From: Promethearchaeota archaeon
Lineage (GTDB): Archaea > Asgardarchaeota > Lokiarchaeia > Sigyniarchaeales > SOKP01
Reading direction: 5' to 3'
Assembly (NCBI GenBank): GCA_016840085.1
Contig: JAEOTA010000073.1
Coordinates: 32,001 to 96,000 of the forward strand
DNA: 64,000 nucleotides
The translations under genes were made by a program, and so were the position numbers. Shown one piece after another: positions 29,713 to 39,504 of the stretch (position 1 is its first letter; each line of letters starts with the position of its first letter). The notes beneath the pieces were generated by a model. It worked only from the letters and a program-made list of their open reading frames with translations, was not told the origin of the DNA and made no database searches.

Positions 29713-31626
29713 TTATATAGGTGCTGCAATTGGTGGTTGTGTTAATCCAAGTGCTTTTCGTTTCTCTTCAATATGGTTAATTATCAAATCAGCTTCTTTT
29801 TCAGGATCCGGCTCCACAGCAAAAGTAGCTCCAACAACATCATTAAGTCCTTGAGTAAGAAGCGAAGTAACATTTTTGCTTCCTAGTACTGGAGGTATAG
29901 CGCCAAGAACAGTGTATATACCAGAAGCGACAACATAACTTCCTATACTAACTGCTTTTTCTGACATCCACTCTGGTGCTGCGCCTGCTACTGGTAAATC
30001 ACTAATATCAACATTTAGAGCTTTTGCAATAGCCGCAGCAACATTCAGAATCCTGCTACAATCTACACAAGATCCCATATGTAGCACAGGTGGAATACCC
30101 AAAGCTTTAGCAATTTCTTTTAACCCTTCACCGGCTTGGTCTGCTGCTTCTGGAACCAATAAACCTGCTTTACCACAGGCAATAGCAGAACAACCAGTCT
30201 CAACAACTAAAATATCATTTTCAATTAACTTCTTGGCAAGCGTCACATGATTATAATCATGCTTTATTTTTGGATTATTGCATCCTACAAGGGCCGCAAT
30301 TCCTCTTATCTTACCTTCTTTAATGGCATCAATGAGAGGTTCGACAGTTCCTCCAAGAGCCTTAATAATAGCTTCAGTAGAAAATCCGCCCATTAATTTA
30401 ACAGGATTTTTAGGTATATTCACTCGATCAGGGTTTCTATTTTCAAAATTTTCAACAGCTTCTTTAACTATATTCTTTCCAATCTCATATGCACGCTCTG
30501 GTTCAAATTCCATATGCATGGCTCCTTGCATTTTTGCTTTAGGGGAGGTAGTTATTAATTTAGTATGATAACAGCTAGCTGTAGAGGATAGGGCAGGCAT
30601 GAGACATTGATAATCAATAACCATAGCTTCAATAGCACCAGTAATTAGTGCAAGCTCTTGTACTAAGAAATTACCAGCAATAGGAATTCCTTTTCTCATT
30701 AAGAGTTCATTTGCTGTACAACAAATTCCAGCAATATTAATTCCATTAGCTCCTTTTTGCTTTGCTAACTCAATCATTTCAGAATCTCTACATGCATCTA
30801 CAACCATTTCAGATAGCACTGGATTATGCCCATGTACAATAATATTTACCATATCTTCCTTTAACACACCAAGGTTTACTAAACTTTCTTTTGGTTCTGG
30901 AGTTCCAAATAGTATGTCACTAAATTCTGTAGCTACCATGGATCCACCCCAACCATCGCTAAGTGATGCTCTAAGACCATGCAATAATATATTCGCATAA
31001 TCTGCACCGACACCAATATGAGTACGATGCATGATTTCAACTATTTCTCTATCAATACTTCTTGGCCAAATGCCAACATTTTTCCATAAATCTTTCCTTT
31101 TATCTGGCACTCGTTCAGCAAATTGGATTGTGTTTTTCATCATTCCAAATTCGTCCATTGCTTTTTCAGCTAATTCCTTTGCAATATCTTCTTTAGCTCT
31201 ACCATCTAAAACAACACCATATTCTTGAGCTATTCGTTTTAATTTCTCTTCGTCAGTAATTTGATATCCTAATGTTTTACCTTCAGCAGTTAAATGAAGA
31301 ACTTCAACTATATCTCTCCCATGATCTGAGTGGGCAGCAGCTCCAGCAGCAATCATTCTTGCTAGATTTCTAGCTACAATTATATCTGAATCAGCACCAC
31401 ATACCCCTCGAGTTGGTTCATTTCCAAAAGGATCAATTCTACAGGGCCCCATTGCACAATTTCGACAACAAATTCCTAGTAATCCATAACCACATTGAGG
31501 TTCTTGAGATTCTAATCTGTCCCAAGCCGTATCGATATGTTCTTCTGCTGCTTTTTCTAAGATTTGTTGAGCAGTTGTATCTATTGTTTTTTCAAAAATT
31601 TCTTCTTTCATCATTTTTATTTTCAC
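29713..31626 (-). CDS. cooS: Anaerobic Ni,Fe carbon monoxide dehydrogenase catalytic subunit; start may be ATG 31614
   Basis: D/B-cluster CGYGLLGICCRNCAMGPC...VCG; C-cluster ligands HGHNP, ICCTANE, DYQC, GCNN, TGC, GSCVD; MSEK. Confidence 0.97.
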   Translation of the reverse strand: MKIKMMKEEIFEKTIDTTAQQILEKAAEEHIDTAWDRLESQEPQCGYGLLGICCRNCAMGPCRIDPFGNEPTRGVCGADSDIIVARNLARMIAAGAAAHSDHGRDIVEVLHLTAEGKTLGYQITDEEKLKRIAQEYGVVLDGRAKEDIAKELAEKAMDEFGMMKNTIQFAERVPDKRKDLWKNVGIWPRSIDREIVEIMHRTHIGVGADYANILLHGLRASLSDGWGGSMVATEFSDILFGTPEPKESLVNLGVLKEDMVNIIVHGHNPVLSEMVVDACRDSEMIELAKQKGANGINIAGICCTANELLMRKGIPIAGNFLVQELALITGAIEAMVIDYQCLMPALSSTASCYHTKLITTSPKAKMQGAMHMEFEPERAYEIGKNIVKEAVENFENRNPDRVNIPKNPVKLMGGFSTEAIIKALGGTVEPLIDAIKEGKIRGIAALVGCNNPKIKHDYNHVTLAKKLIENDILVVETGCSAIACGKAGLLVPEAADQAGEGLKEIAKALGIPPVLHMGSCVDCSRILNVAAAIAKALNVDISDLPVAGAAPEWMSEKAVSIGSYVVASGIYTVLGAIPPVLGSKNVTSLLTQGLNDVVGATFAVEPDPEKEADLIINHIEEKRKALGLTQPPIAAPI

Positions 31627-32231
31627 CTACCTACTTTTGTCATAGAGAGAGCCAAATCACGCCATAATTTGACTAATTCAGGGACTTTTGCTTCAATTTG
31701 CATTTCTGCTGCAAATTGTGTGGCTATTTTAGCCATATCTTTTCTTTCTTCTTTGATAATTTCATTGATATCTCCATATACAAGCGCTCCAGTTTTACAA
31801 GCGTCTACGCAAGCTGGGTTTAAATCATTACTAATACGTTCAAAACAATTATCGCATTTATGAGCCACATCACGATCTATGGAAACACGCCAAGATGGAT
31901 TAAATGTAATAGCATCAAAAGGGCAGACAATAGCACACATACCACATTCGATACATTTCTCTTCATTAATAAGAACGGTGTTTGTATCTTTATCTTTGGT
32001 TATAGCTCCAGAAGGACAAACTTGTATACAAGGTGTTGGATCACAATGTGTACATTTACCAGGGTAAGCCATTATTCCAAAGGTAGGCATTACATGAATT
32101 TTCGGATTAGGCAATGGTTCTTCAGAAATTGCGGTATAAAGATTTTTTGTTTTAGAATGTTCTATTGTACAAGCAATTTCACAATGTTTACATCCAATAC
32201 AATTTTCGGGTCTTATAAAAACAGATTTCAT
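31623..32231 (-). CDS. cooF: 4Fe-4S ferredoxin-like electron transfer protein
   Basis: CIGCKHCEIAC, CTHCDPTPCIQVCP, CIECGMCAIVCP, KCDNC...PACVDAC; adjacent to cooS. Confidence 0.9.
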   Translation of the reverse strand: MKSVFIRPENCIGCKHCEIACTIEHSKTKNLYTAISEEPLPNPKIHVMPTFGIMAYPGKCTHCDPTPCIQVCPSGAITKDKDTNTVLINEEKCIECGMCAIVCPFDAITFNPSWRVSIDRDVAHKCDNCFERISNDLNPACVDACKTGALVYGDINEIIKEERKDMAKIATQFAAEMQIEAKVPELVKLWRDLALSMTKVGR

Positions 32232-32456
32232 TTATAGACTCCCTCTTTTTAATTATTTTTTTCTTTCTAATTTCTTTTGCAAAATTTTTAGTTAAATTTC
32301 TCGATTCCTAAAAAAGATAACACTCTATAAAAATATATGGAGATGAAAGTTTTTCCGTCCCTCTGGACTATCGATATTAAACATATAACCTATTTTTATA
32401 TATTGATATTTTTTATAGCTTCTTAAAGAGTCTTATTAAAAAAAAAGAATGATCAA

Positions 32457-33140
32457 ATGCTAGTCTCAAGAAATTATTTATTAATGATACTTGATGAGGA
32501 AAAAGGAAAGATTTACTCTCGGGCTTCGGCAGCAAAAGATCTTGGATTAATAGGAGCAATGATGATGGATTTATATCTCCGTGGTAAAATCTTGATTGAA
32601 AGAAAAAAAATTAGAATTATAGATCCAACCTCAACTGGGGATGAGTATCTAGATGATATATTGGAAATCTTAAAAAGTTCAAAAAAAATTCGGAAGTTAA
32701 ATAGATGGATTGATAGAATTTCAAGAAGGTATAAAACATATTATTATGCCTTTTTTAAACGATTAGAGAAGCAAGAAATTCTGAAAATAGAAGTTAAAAA
32801 GACTTTTAAGATTTTTGAAACAAAAAGATTTTATTTACAAAGACCAGAAGTAAAAATGGTAATTCTGGAACAGATACAGAATACAATTGTTAATAATCTA
32901 AGTCCTAGTATTGATTTATTATGCTTATTAAGCTTAATAGAAGTCAGTGGGTTAATAAAAGTATATATAGCAAAAGAATTTCGTAAGCAAGTTAGAATGC
33001 GGATAGAGGAGCTAATTTATACCGAGAATTTGAATCCAAGAGATCAAGAAATGATAATAAGCATAACAAAAGCTATAAAAGATACAATAGCTGCTAGACA
33101 AGCTGCTGTAACTGTTGTCGTTACTGCTGCTGCGGTTTAA
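32457..33140 (+). CDS. GPP34 (GOLPH3/Vps74) family protein
   Basis: LLMILDEEKG...LGLIGAMMMDLYLRGKI...DPTSTGDEYLDDIL...RLEKQEIL; Ala/Val-rich C-terminal tail. Confidence 0.8.
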   Translation: MLVSRNYLLMILDEEKGKIYSRASAAKDLGLIGAMMMDLYLRGKILIERKKIRIIDPTSTGDEYLDDILEILKSSKKIRKLNRWIDRISRRYKTYYYAFFKRLEKQEILKIEVKKTFKIFETKRFYLQRPEVKMVILEQIQNTIVNNLSPSIDLLCLLSLIEVSGLIKVYIAKEFRKQVRMRIEELIYTENLNPRDQEMIISITKAIKDTIAARQAAVTVVVTAAAV

Positions 33141-33237
33141 GCTTAATTGTATACTAACTTCCAGAAATCTTAAAAACTCTAAGTTCTTAATGTAATAATA
33201 AACTGATTTTAAAATGATTATACTTTAGATATAATAG

Positions 33238-34311
33238 ATGCCCAAGGTTCAAGGAAACAAATTAATAATTGAAAATCAGACAGTTTTTTTTAAATCGTCT
33301 GAAGATATGTCAGAGTTAGATGATGAATCAATTGATCTTATTATAACTTCACCTCCTTATAACCGAGGAAAGACATATTCCTCTGATTTTGGTGAGTTCC
33401 ATAATGATAGTATGGAAGACAGCGAATATTTCTCATTTTTAACTGAAGTATGGAAAGAATGTTATAGAGTTGCTAAGAAGCATGCTATTTTTTTTCTTAA
33501 TATTGGTGATTCTGCCAATGATCAAGGAAAGTCTGAAAAAGTAGCCTTATCAGCTGAGAAGGCTTCATGGATACGACTACAAGATATAATCTGGATTAAA
33601 ACTTTTTTAGGAAGAGGGCATTATACACCTACTGGAGGTTCTAGACGTTTAAACAATATTTGGGAGCATTTGTATCTTTTCGTTAAAAATAAGAAAGATT
33701 ATGAAATAGATCCAAAAGCAATTGGAATTCCATATGCAGATAAATCAAATATTGGAAGATACTCTGATTCAGATTTAAGAGACGCTGGTAATGTATGGCT
33801 AATCGGTTATGAAAAGACTACAGGTGCTACAATTAAAAAAGGCCACGAGGCACCCTTTCCAATTGGTCTTCCTTATAGATGTATTAATTTGGTTCCTAAT
33901 GTTAAAACTGTTTTAGATCCATTTGGAGGAACATGTTCAACTTTAGCTGCTTGTCTCAAATTAGGAGTAAAAGGTTATGCTTATGAAAAATATCCTCGAA
34001 TTAAGGTTATAGAATCAAGAATTTTAGAAGGAAAAGAATATCAAGAAAGTACAGAAAGTCTAATTCCACATTTAGAATTATCTATAAAATTATTGGTAGA
34101 ATTAACTTCAAAGACATATAATGAATTACCTAAAATAAAAAGTAAAGTTGAGTATAATATTTATAGTATACTAAATGAAGTTTTAAAGAACTTAAATTAT
34201 AGTAGTCCACTTAAATTAAGTCTAGAAAAAAGAATAAAATCTTTTGAACATTCTCTAAATAGCAAAAGGCAACAAGAAAAAAGATATAAACAAAAAAAAC
34301 TAACAAATTAA
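33238..34311 (+). CDS. Orphan beta-class DNA amino-methyltransferase (probably N4-cytosine)
   Basis: Motif IV TSPPY precedes motif I LDPFGGTCST; HEAPFP; no adjacent endonuclease. Confidence 0.88.
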   Translation: MPKVQGNKLIIENQTVFFKSSEDMSELDDESIDLIITSPPYNRGKTYSSDFGEFHNDSMEDSEYFSFLTEVWKECYRVAKKHAIFFLNIGDSANDQGKSEKVALSAEKASWIRLQDIIWIKTFLGRGHYTPTGGSRRLNNIWEHLYLFVKNKKDYEIDPKAIGIPYADKSNIGRYSDSDLRDAGNVWLIGYEKTTGATIKKGHEAPFPIGLPYRCINLVPNVKTVLDPFGGTCSTLAACLKLGVKGYAYEKYPRIKVIESRILEGKEYQESTESLIPHLELSIKLLVELTSKTYNELPKIKSKVEYNIYSILNEVLKNLNYSSPLKLSLEKRIKSFEHSLNSKRQQEKRYKQKKLTN

Positions 34312-34340
34312 TAAAAAATTCAATAAATTTAATTTTGAAT

Positions 34341-34922
34341 TTATTCTTTCTTATAGTTTTTTCCTACAGTAAAAGCATTTTCAATAAATTCTCCGACTTT
34401 CCAGTATTTATTCCGTGAATATACGAAGGGTTTCAGTTTTGTGATATCTGGTAATTCTTCGGTTAAATAATAATCATCGGCATAAGCACCCTCTACCTTT
34501 CCTATAAAAAGATCATGTCCTTCCTCAATATCAACTATTTCTTTTATTTTAATCGTTTTAACAACTTTACACTCAAGATTTAAGGGAGCATGCGTAATCA
34601 TTGGGGCTGTTTTAAGTTCTCCGTAAAAAACATCAAACACTTCTGATTTATCTACTTCTTTACCTGAAGTTATACCACAATAATCAGTAACTTCAACCAT
34701 ACCTTCCGAAGGGGTATTCACACTAAAGGTTCCATTCTCTCTGATACCACGATTTGTATAATGAGTTTCATAAGAAGAAATTGCAATTAATGGAAGTTTG
34801 GATTCTACCATTCCAACATATGCTAAAGTCTCAAAATTGGGTTTACCATTCACATTTGCTCCAATAAGAACGACGGGCATAGGAAACAAATAAACTCCGA
34901 GACGAATTTTATTTTTTGTCAT
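34341..34922 (-). CDS. Flavin reductase-like FMN-binding protein
   Basis: PMPVVLIG, GKPN, HYTNRGI, FSVNTP, APLNLEC, HDLFIG. Confidence 0.9.
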   Translation of the reverse strand: MTKNKIRLGVYLFPMPVVLIGANVNGKPNFETLAYVGMVESKLPLIAISSYETHYTNRGIRENGTFSVNTPSEGMVEVTDYCGITSGKEVDKSEVFDVFYGELKTAPMITHAPLNLECKVVKTIKIKEIVDIEEGHDLFIGKVEGAYADDYYLTEELPDITKLKPFVYSRNKYWKVGEFIENAFTVGKNYKKE

Positions 34923-35078
34923 TTTAACACCTATAAAATTCTATGGATTAAAATATTTGAATTATACTATTTATAGCTTTATTTTTTAATTTATATGTGT
35001 GTCTTTTCATCGAATTGTGATGATTTGAAATGAGGTAGAGAGTATTTGATTCTTCCAAAATTTATTCAAATTTAGAAC

Positions 35079-36599
35079 TTATTTGGTAAAAGTTTCTCCG
35101 TCTTTTAAGACCATGACATTATCAAAGTTTTCATTAAACCAACTAGGATTATCGGTGTGTACTGGTATTATTATATCCGGATCTATAGTTTCGATTGTTT
35201 TTATTAGATCAGATTTAGACGCATGTCCAGAAGCATGATAACCTCTAGTAAATTGAGGTTTTAATTTGCCATCCTCTTCGATAACTTCAAAACCAAGAAT
35301 ATTAAAGCCAAAATTAGAAAGCCAATTATTTAACCGTATAAAATCAAATTCAGATTCTTCTTCGAATGCTTCACTGGAAGAATAGAGGTAGGTACCTCCA
35401 ACTGGTTTTACATCTAATAGATTTTTTAAATCAAAAAGTGAAAAACATACAATATAATTGTCAGGAGTTTTTGAAATATCTAATGAATCAACATAATTAA
35501 AATCAATCTCTTCACTTAGAACTCGACTCTCCCAATAAGGTTTAGTAGTTTTTAATTCATCATATACGAAAATATCACTCGCTCTATCCATTCCATCAAC
35601 TTTTTTGAGGGCATTTAGTAAATATGCTTCTTTAGCGGTTATTATTAAATTTCTTCCTGTTTTTTTAGCGATTGATTGAAAAGTTTCTAGTCTTTCTAAA
35701 TTTCTACTAGTAAAATCTGCAATCATTAAGCCTTTAGATTCTTCAACAGCTTCAAGACAATTTTCATAGACGGTCTCCTCAGATTCATTTATATCTTCAC
35801 GAGCAGCACGAGTACCTTCTATTATCAAAATTGAAGCTTCTTTTGCTTTGTTAATGAATGTTTTACTCATTTCTCCTTTTTTACCATGAAGACGAAAATC
35901 ACCTGTGTATGCCAAAGTTGTATCACCAGAAATAAGGTAACCTGTTGCACCAAATATGGAATGATCAACATCGTAACCCTTTATTTCAAAACAAGATGTA
36001 AGTTTATCTAAATTTTGAATCGTTCCTTTTTCTAATTGTTTATTTCGCTTAACACATATAGACAAAAATTCTGCTACTGATTCAGAAAAATTATCTACAC
36101 TAATGAAATTTCTACTTATTAATTTGTTTTTGTCTGTTTTTACAATTCGACCATCTCTTTTAGTGAATCTTGGTGAAAAATAAGCAACATCAGAACCAAG
36201 CTTACCTCTAGAGATATCTAAGATACCTTTTAGCAATATTATAGTAGTGGGAGATGCTACAATTGGAAATTCTTTCTTGAGTAATCCAATATTTCCGAAA
36301 TGATCAAGGTGTGCATGACTAAGAAGAATCGCATTTACGTTCAAAGAGGGAAATGAAGCCATATTTAAATCAGAAGGAATAATATCTGGTCTGTAAATGT
36401 TTAATTTAGGGATTAGGTTCAGACTAATAAGGTCATAGATTCCTCTTGAAGTTCTCCAAGTTAAAAAATCTTTAAAATAATGTTCGTATTTTTTGAAATT
36501 CATTCCAAAATCAAGGAATATTCCCTCTCCACTTTCTTCTAAATATATTTTATTTCCTCCGATTGTATTACTTCCATCATAAATAGTTATTGAGGTCAT
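35079..36599 (-). CDS. Beta-CASP metallo-beta-lactamase ribonuclease (RNase J-like)
   Basis: IGGN, LDFG, SHAHLDH, VDHS, YTGDFR, IEGT, HASGHA, PVHT. Confidence 0.85.
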   Translation of the reverse strand: MTSITIYDGSNTIGGNKIYLEESGEGIFLDFGMNFKKYEHYFKDFLTWRTSRGIYDLISLNLIPKLNIYRPDIIPSDLNMASFPSLNVNAILLSHAHLDHFGNIGLLKKEFPIVASPTTIILLKGILDISRGKLGSDVAYFSPRFTKRDGRIVKTDKNKLISRNFISVDNFSESVAEFLSICVKRNKQLEKGTIQNLDKLTSCFEIKGYDVDHSIFGATGYLISGDTTLAYTGDFRLHGKKGEMSKTFINKAKEASILIIEGTRAAREDINESEETVYENCLEAVEESKGLMIADFTSRNLERLETFQSIAKKTGRNLIITAKEAYLLNALKKVDGMDRASDIFVYDELKTTKPYWESRVLSEEIDFNYVDSLDISKTPDNYIVCFSLFDLKNLLDVKPVGGTYLYSSSEAFEEESEFDFIRLNNWLSNFGFNILGFEVIEEDGKLKPQFTRGYHASGHASKSDLIKTIETIDPDIIIPVHTDNPSWFNENFDNVMVLKDGETFTK

Positions 36600-36769
36600 T
36601 TAACTCAAAAATAATTCGTATTATTTTCTTTACGTTTTATTATATTTAATTATATTTTAAAAGATATTAGAAAAAATCATTTCATTCAATCTGCTTTGTA
36701 TTATATTAATTTAAATGCATTTAATTTAGAAAGAAATACTTTAAATAAGAATAACACAAAATAGGAAAC

Positions 36770-38035
36770 ATGAATACTATTCCGAATAATAATATTGGCC
36801 ATGATAAAACTCAGAAGATTGCAAAGGATTCCCCAAGTTCTTCAAAGATTCTTGAATCAATAATTTATTTATTGTTTCTGTTAGGTCCTTTGACTGGAAA
36901 TGTTATTAATGTCTTGTTCCATGTACTTTCCCAAGAGTTCCATGTAAGTACCGAAGATATTTTAATTGCCATTCCAGCGTTTATGTTTCCATTTGCGATA
37001 ACTCAACTTTTCTCTGGTTCAATTTCTGATATTAAAGGTCGAATTCCAGTATTAATTTTAGGATTAGCTTTGTTTGGAATAGCAATGATTTTAGCAGCCT
37101 TATCAATTAATTTAGCGATGTACGCTATTGCCAATGTATTGGGAGGAATAGGATTTGGTTTTATCAATCCAATCTTGATTGCATTAATGACAGATATAAC
37201 CACACCACCAAATATTCCAAAAAAGATGGGATATCTTGGAGCAAGTGCAGCTCTTGGTGTTGGTTTAGGTCCTTTTATTGCTTCTCAAATGATTTTAATA
37301 GGTTGGCGGTCAATTTATATATTATTTATTATTATAACCTTTTCCTGTCTAATTTATTTTATAATAGCAAAAAAGCCTCCTCAAAAAATACCAGAAGAAT
37401 CAGGAATTCGTGTTTTACTAACACAACTATCAGTAGAGTGGCGTCGTGCAGTAGTTATTTTAATGATATTATCTGCATTTCTAATTGCATACACCTATAT
37501 TGCAATAAACATATGGACTTCAAGAGAGCTTGCGGGCATTGTTGAAGAAAGTTTTACAGGGGTAATTTTAGGTTTAGGAGGAGTTGGAGGGGCGATAATG
37601 GGGGCTTTAACAGGATTCTTAATTAAAAAGAAGAGTGTAAAGATGCCTTTTATAATAGGTTCAGTATTATTATTAAGCTCATTAGCAATCTTATTAACAA
37701 TTGGTGATATAACTCGTTCAGAAGTCTTTATCATTTTAGCAATAGGATGGATAGTAGCAGGATTGTCAGGAGGCATTCTATTTCCATTAGTAACATATTA
37801 TAGTCAAGTACTCTCACCAGAAAGACGAGGTGCTCTTGCTGGTTCGGTTACAGCAAGCTATTTTGTAGGAATTGCATTAGTTCCAATAATTTTAGTACCT
37901 TTTTCTGATAATTTTGGAATTACAGGAGTTTATTTAGCAATTTTAGTGATATCATTGGTTTTCATAATGGTATTTGGATTGTTATACCTATCGGCTAAAA
38001 GCTTACTTTTAGAAAGAGGTAAATCTATACATTAA
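36770..38035 (+). CDS. MFS transporter (drug:H+ antiporter-like)
   Basis: Motif A GSISDIKGR; 12 TM. Confidence 0.9.
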   Translation: MNTIPNNNIGHDKTQKIAKDSPSSSKILESIIYLLFLLGPLTGNVINVLFHVLSQEFHVSTEDILIAIPAFMFPFAITQLFSGSISDIKGRIPVLILGLALFGIAMILAALSINLAMYAIANVLGGIGFGFINPILIALMTDITTPPNIPKKMGYLGASAALGVGLGPFIASQMILIGWRSIYILFIIITFSCLIYFIIAKKPPQKIPEESGIRVLLTQLSVEWRRAVVILMILSAFLIAYTYIAINIWTSRELAGIVEESFTGVILGLGGVGGAIMGALTGFLIKKKSVKMPFIIGSVLLLSSLAILLTIGDITRSEVFIILAIGWIVAGLSGGILFPLVTYYSQVLSPERRGALAGSVTASYFVGIALVPIILVPFSDNFGITGVYLAILVISLVFIMVFGLLYLSAKSLLLERGKSIH

Positions 38036-38241
38036 TCCTATTATCACTTTAAAATTTATCTTTAATGCTTTTTCCTTTTATAGCTAATTATTCTTTTTCA
38101 TTAGTTCTACATTCTTTATCAAGTTCTTTTTATAACTCATAATCAGAAATATTGTTATCATTCACATGGATAAAAGAATAATAAGAAAATGTAAAATCTG
38201 TTATATATCAGATTGAATTAAATAGTTATAAATTATAAAGT

Positions 38242-38568
38242 CTAAGCTTTTATCATTGTCAGCATCATTTTAAACGGTTTTAAAGCTTTTAGAGCATGTG
38301 GTTCATTTGCTGGCATTAAAATCATTTGTCCTTGTACTAAGATGAATTTTTCATTGGATATAGTAATTTCAACTTTTCCATCGAATACATAAACTAATGC
38401 ATCAAAAGGAGCTGTGTGTTCACTTAAACCTTCACCCTCATCAAAAGAAAACAGGGTAACTATACCAACATTCTTATCAATTAAAGTTCTGCTAACAACA
38501 GAGCCTTTCTGGTAATCTAACATATTCTCTAAAGTTGAAACTTGAGTTAAATCATTTTTTTCACTCAT
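38242..38568 (-). CDS. Cupin domain protein
   Basis: LSEHTAPFDALV...GQMILMPANEPHAL. Confidence 0.9.
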   Translation of the reverse strand: MSEKNDLTQVSTLENMLDYQKGSVVSRTLIDKNVGIVTLFSFDEGEGLSEHTAPFDALVYVFDGKVEITISNEKFILVQGQMILMPANEPHALKALKPFKMMLTMIKA

Positions 38569-38735
38569 ACAGTCTTCACTTCATTAGGATAAATTTTATT
38601 AACTTTAATAGAGAAAAATGCTATATAAGGTTAAACTAGAACATGTTAACAAGAACGAAGATTTTCCTAATATAAATTAGAAAAGGTGAAACAAAGCAAG
38701 AAAATTAATTAAAAATATTTAAAGCATCAGGAAGA

Positions 38736-39302
38736 TTATTCAAATGTTGAACTTAATCTCCATTCTCTCCCGCAGGAACCACATTTGTATTTCTTTCCAT
38801 ACATACGGGGATAATCACAAATCAGATGAGTTCTATCTACTATTTCATGTATTTGCATTTTATTGGTGTTTCCACAAATAGGACATTCTCTTCGAGAAGC
38901 TCCCTCTACTATTGGTTTTTTAGCAAAATCAGGAGGAGCTTTTTCAAAAAGAAATTCTTTCATCTCCTTTAAAGGTGTTTCAATTGTTCTTTCTTTCTCC
39001 ATTTCCTCAAATTGAGAATCTAAGATTATCGGTTTTACTTCCTTCTTTACGTCTTTAAATATTTTAGTAGGTTTCTCAACTTCTTTTAGAGGTTTAACTG
39101 AAATGGTTGTCTTAGCTTCAATTTCTGTAGGCTTTTCTCTTAGAGTCGTGTCTGCTTTTTCTACATGAGTAATCTTTTCTTGCAATAAAGAATTTTCCTG
39201 CTCTAATTTGGCAATTCTCAATTTTAAGTTTTGATTCTCATACTTCAATCTCTCAATTTTTTTTTTATATTCTACATGAGATTTTTCCTTGATTTCAGTC
39301 AT
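38736..39302 (-). CDS. Coiled-coil protein with C-terminal zinc ribbon
   Basis: Heptad-rich N-terminus; CPICG...CGSCG. Confidence 0.75.
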   Translation of the reverse strand: MTEIKEKSHVEYKKKIERLKYENQNLKLRIAKLEQENSLLQEKITHVEKADTTLREKPTEIEAKTTISVKPLKEVEKPTKIFKDVKKEVKPIILDSQFEEMEKERTIETPLKEMKEFLFEKAPPDFAKKPIVEGASRRECPICGNTNKMQIHEIVDRTHLICDYPRMYGKKYKCGSCGREWRLSSTFE

Positions 39303-39504
39303 TATAATTATCTTTGCAATTTTTAATTTTTTTTAAGTTGTTAAATATATATTAAATTTCTTTTATCAAAATAATAGAGCTCAAATTAAAAAACTTAAGG
39401 AAATTTAAATAAACAAATATTTAAAAACAAGTACGAGGATTCGAGAACTCAATTCTAAAAAAAGATTTTTAAGTTTTCAATTTATTTATTTTTATATTAT
39501 TAGT

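Noticed and set aside
35015-35075. GTGATGA resembling a C/D-box sRNA C box
   Set aside because: No CTGA D box at a suitable distance
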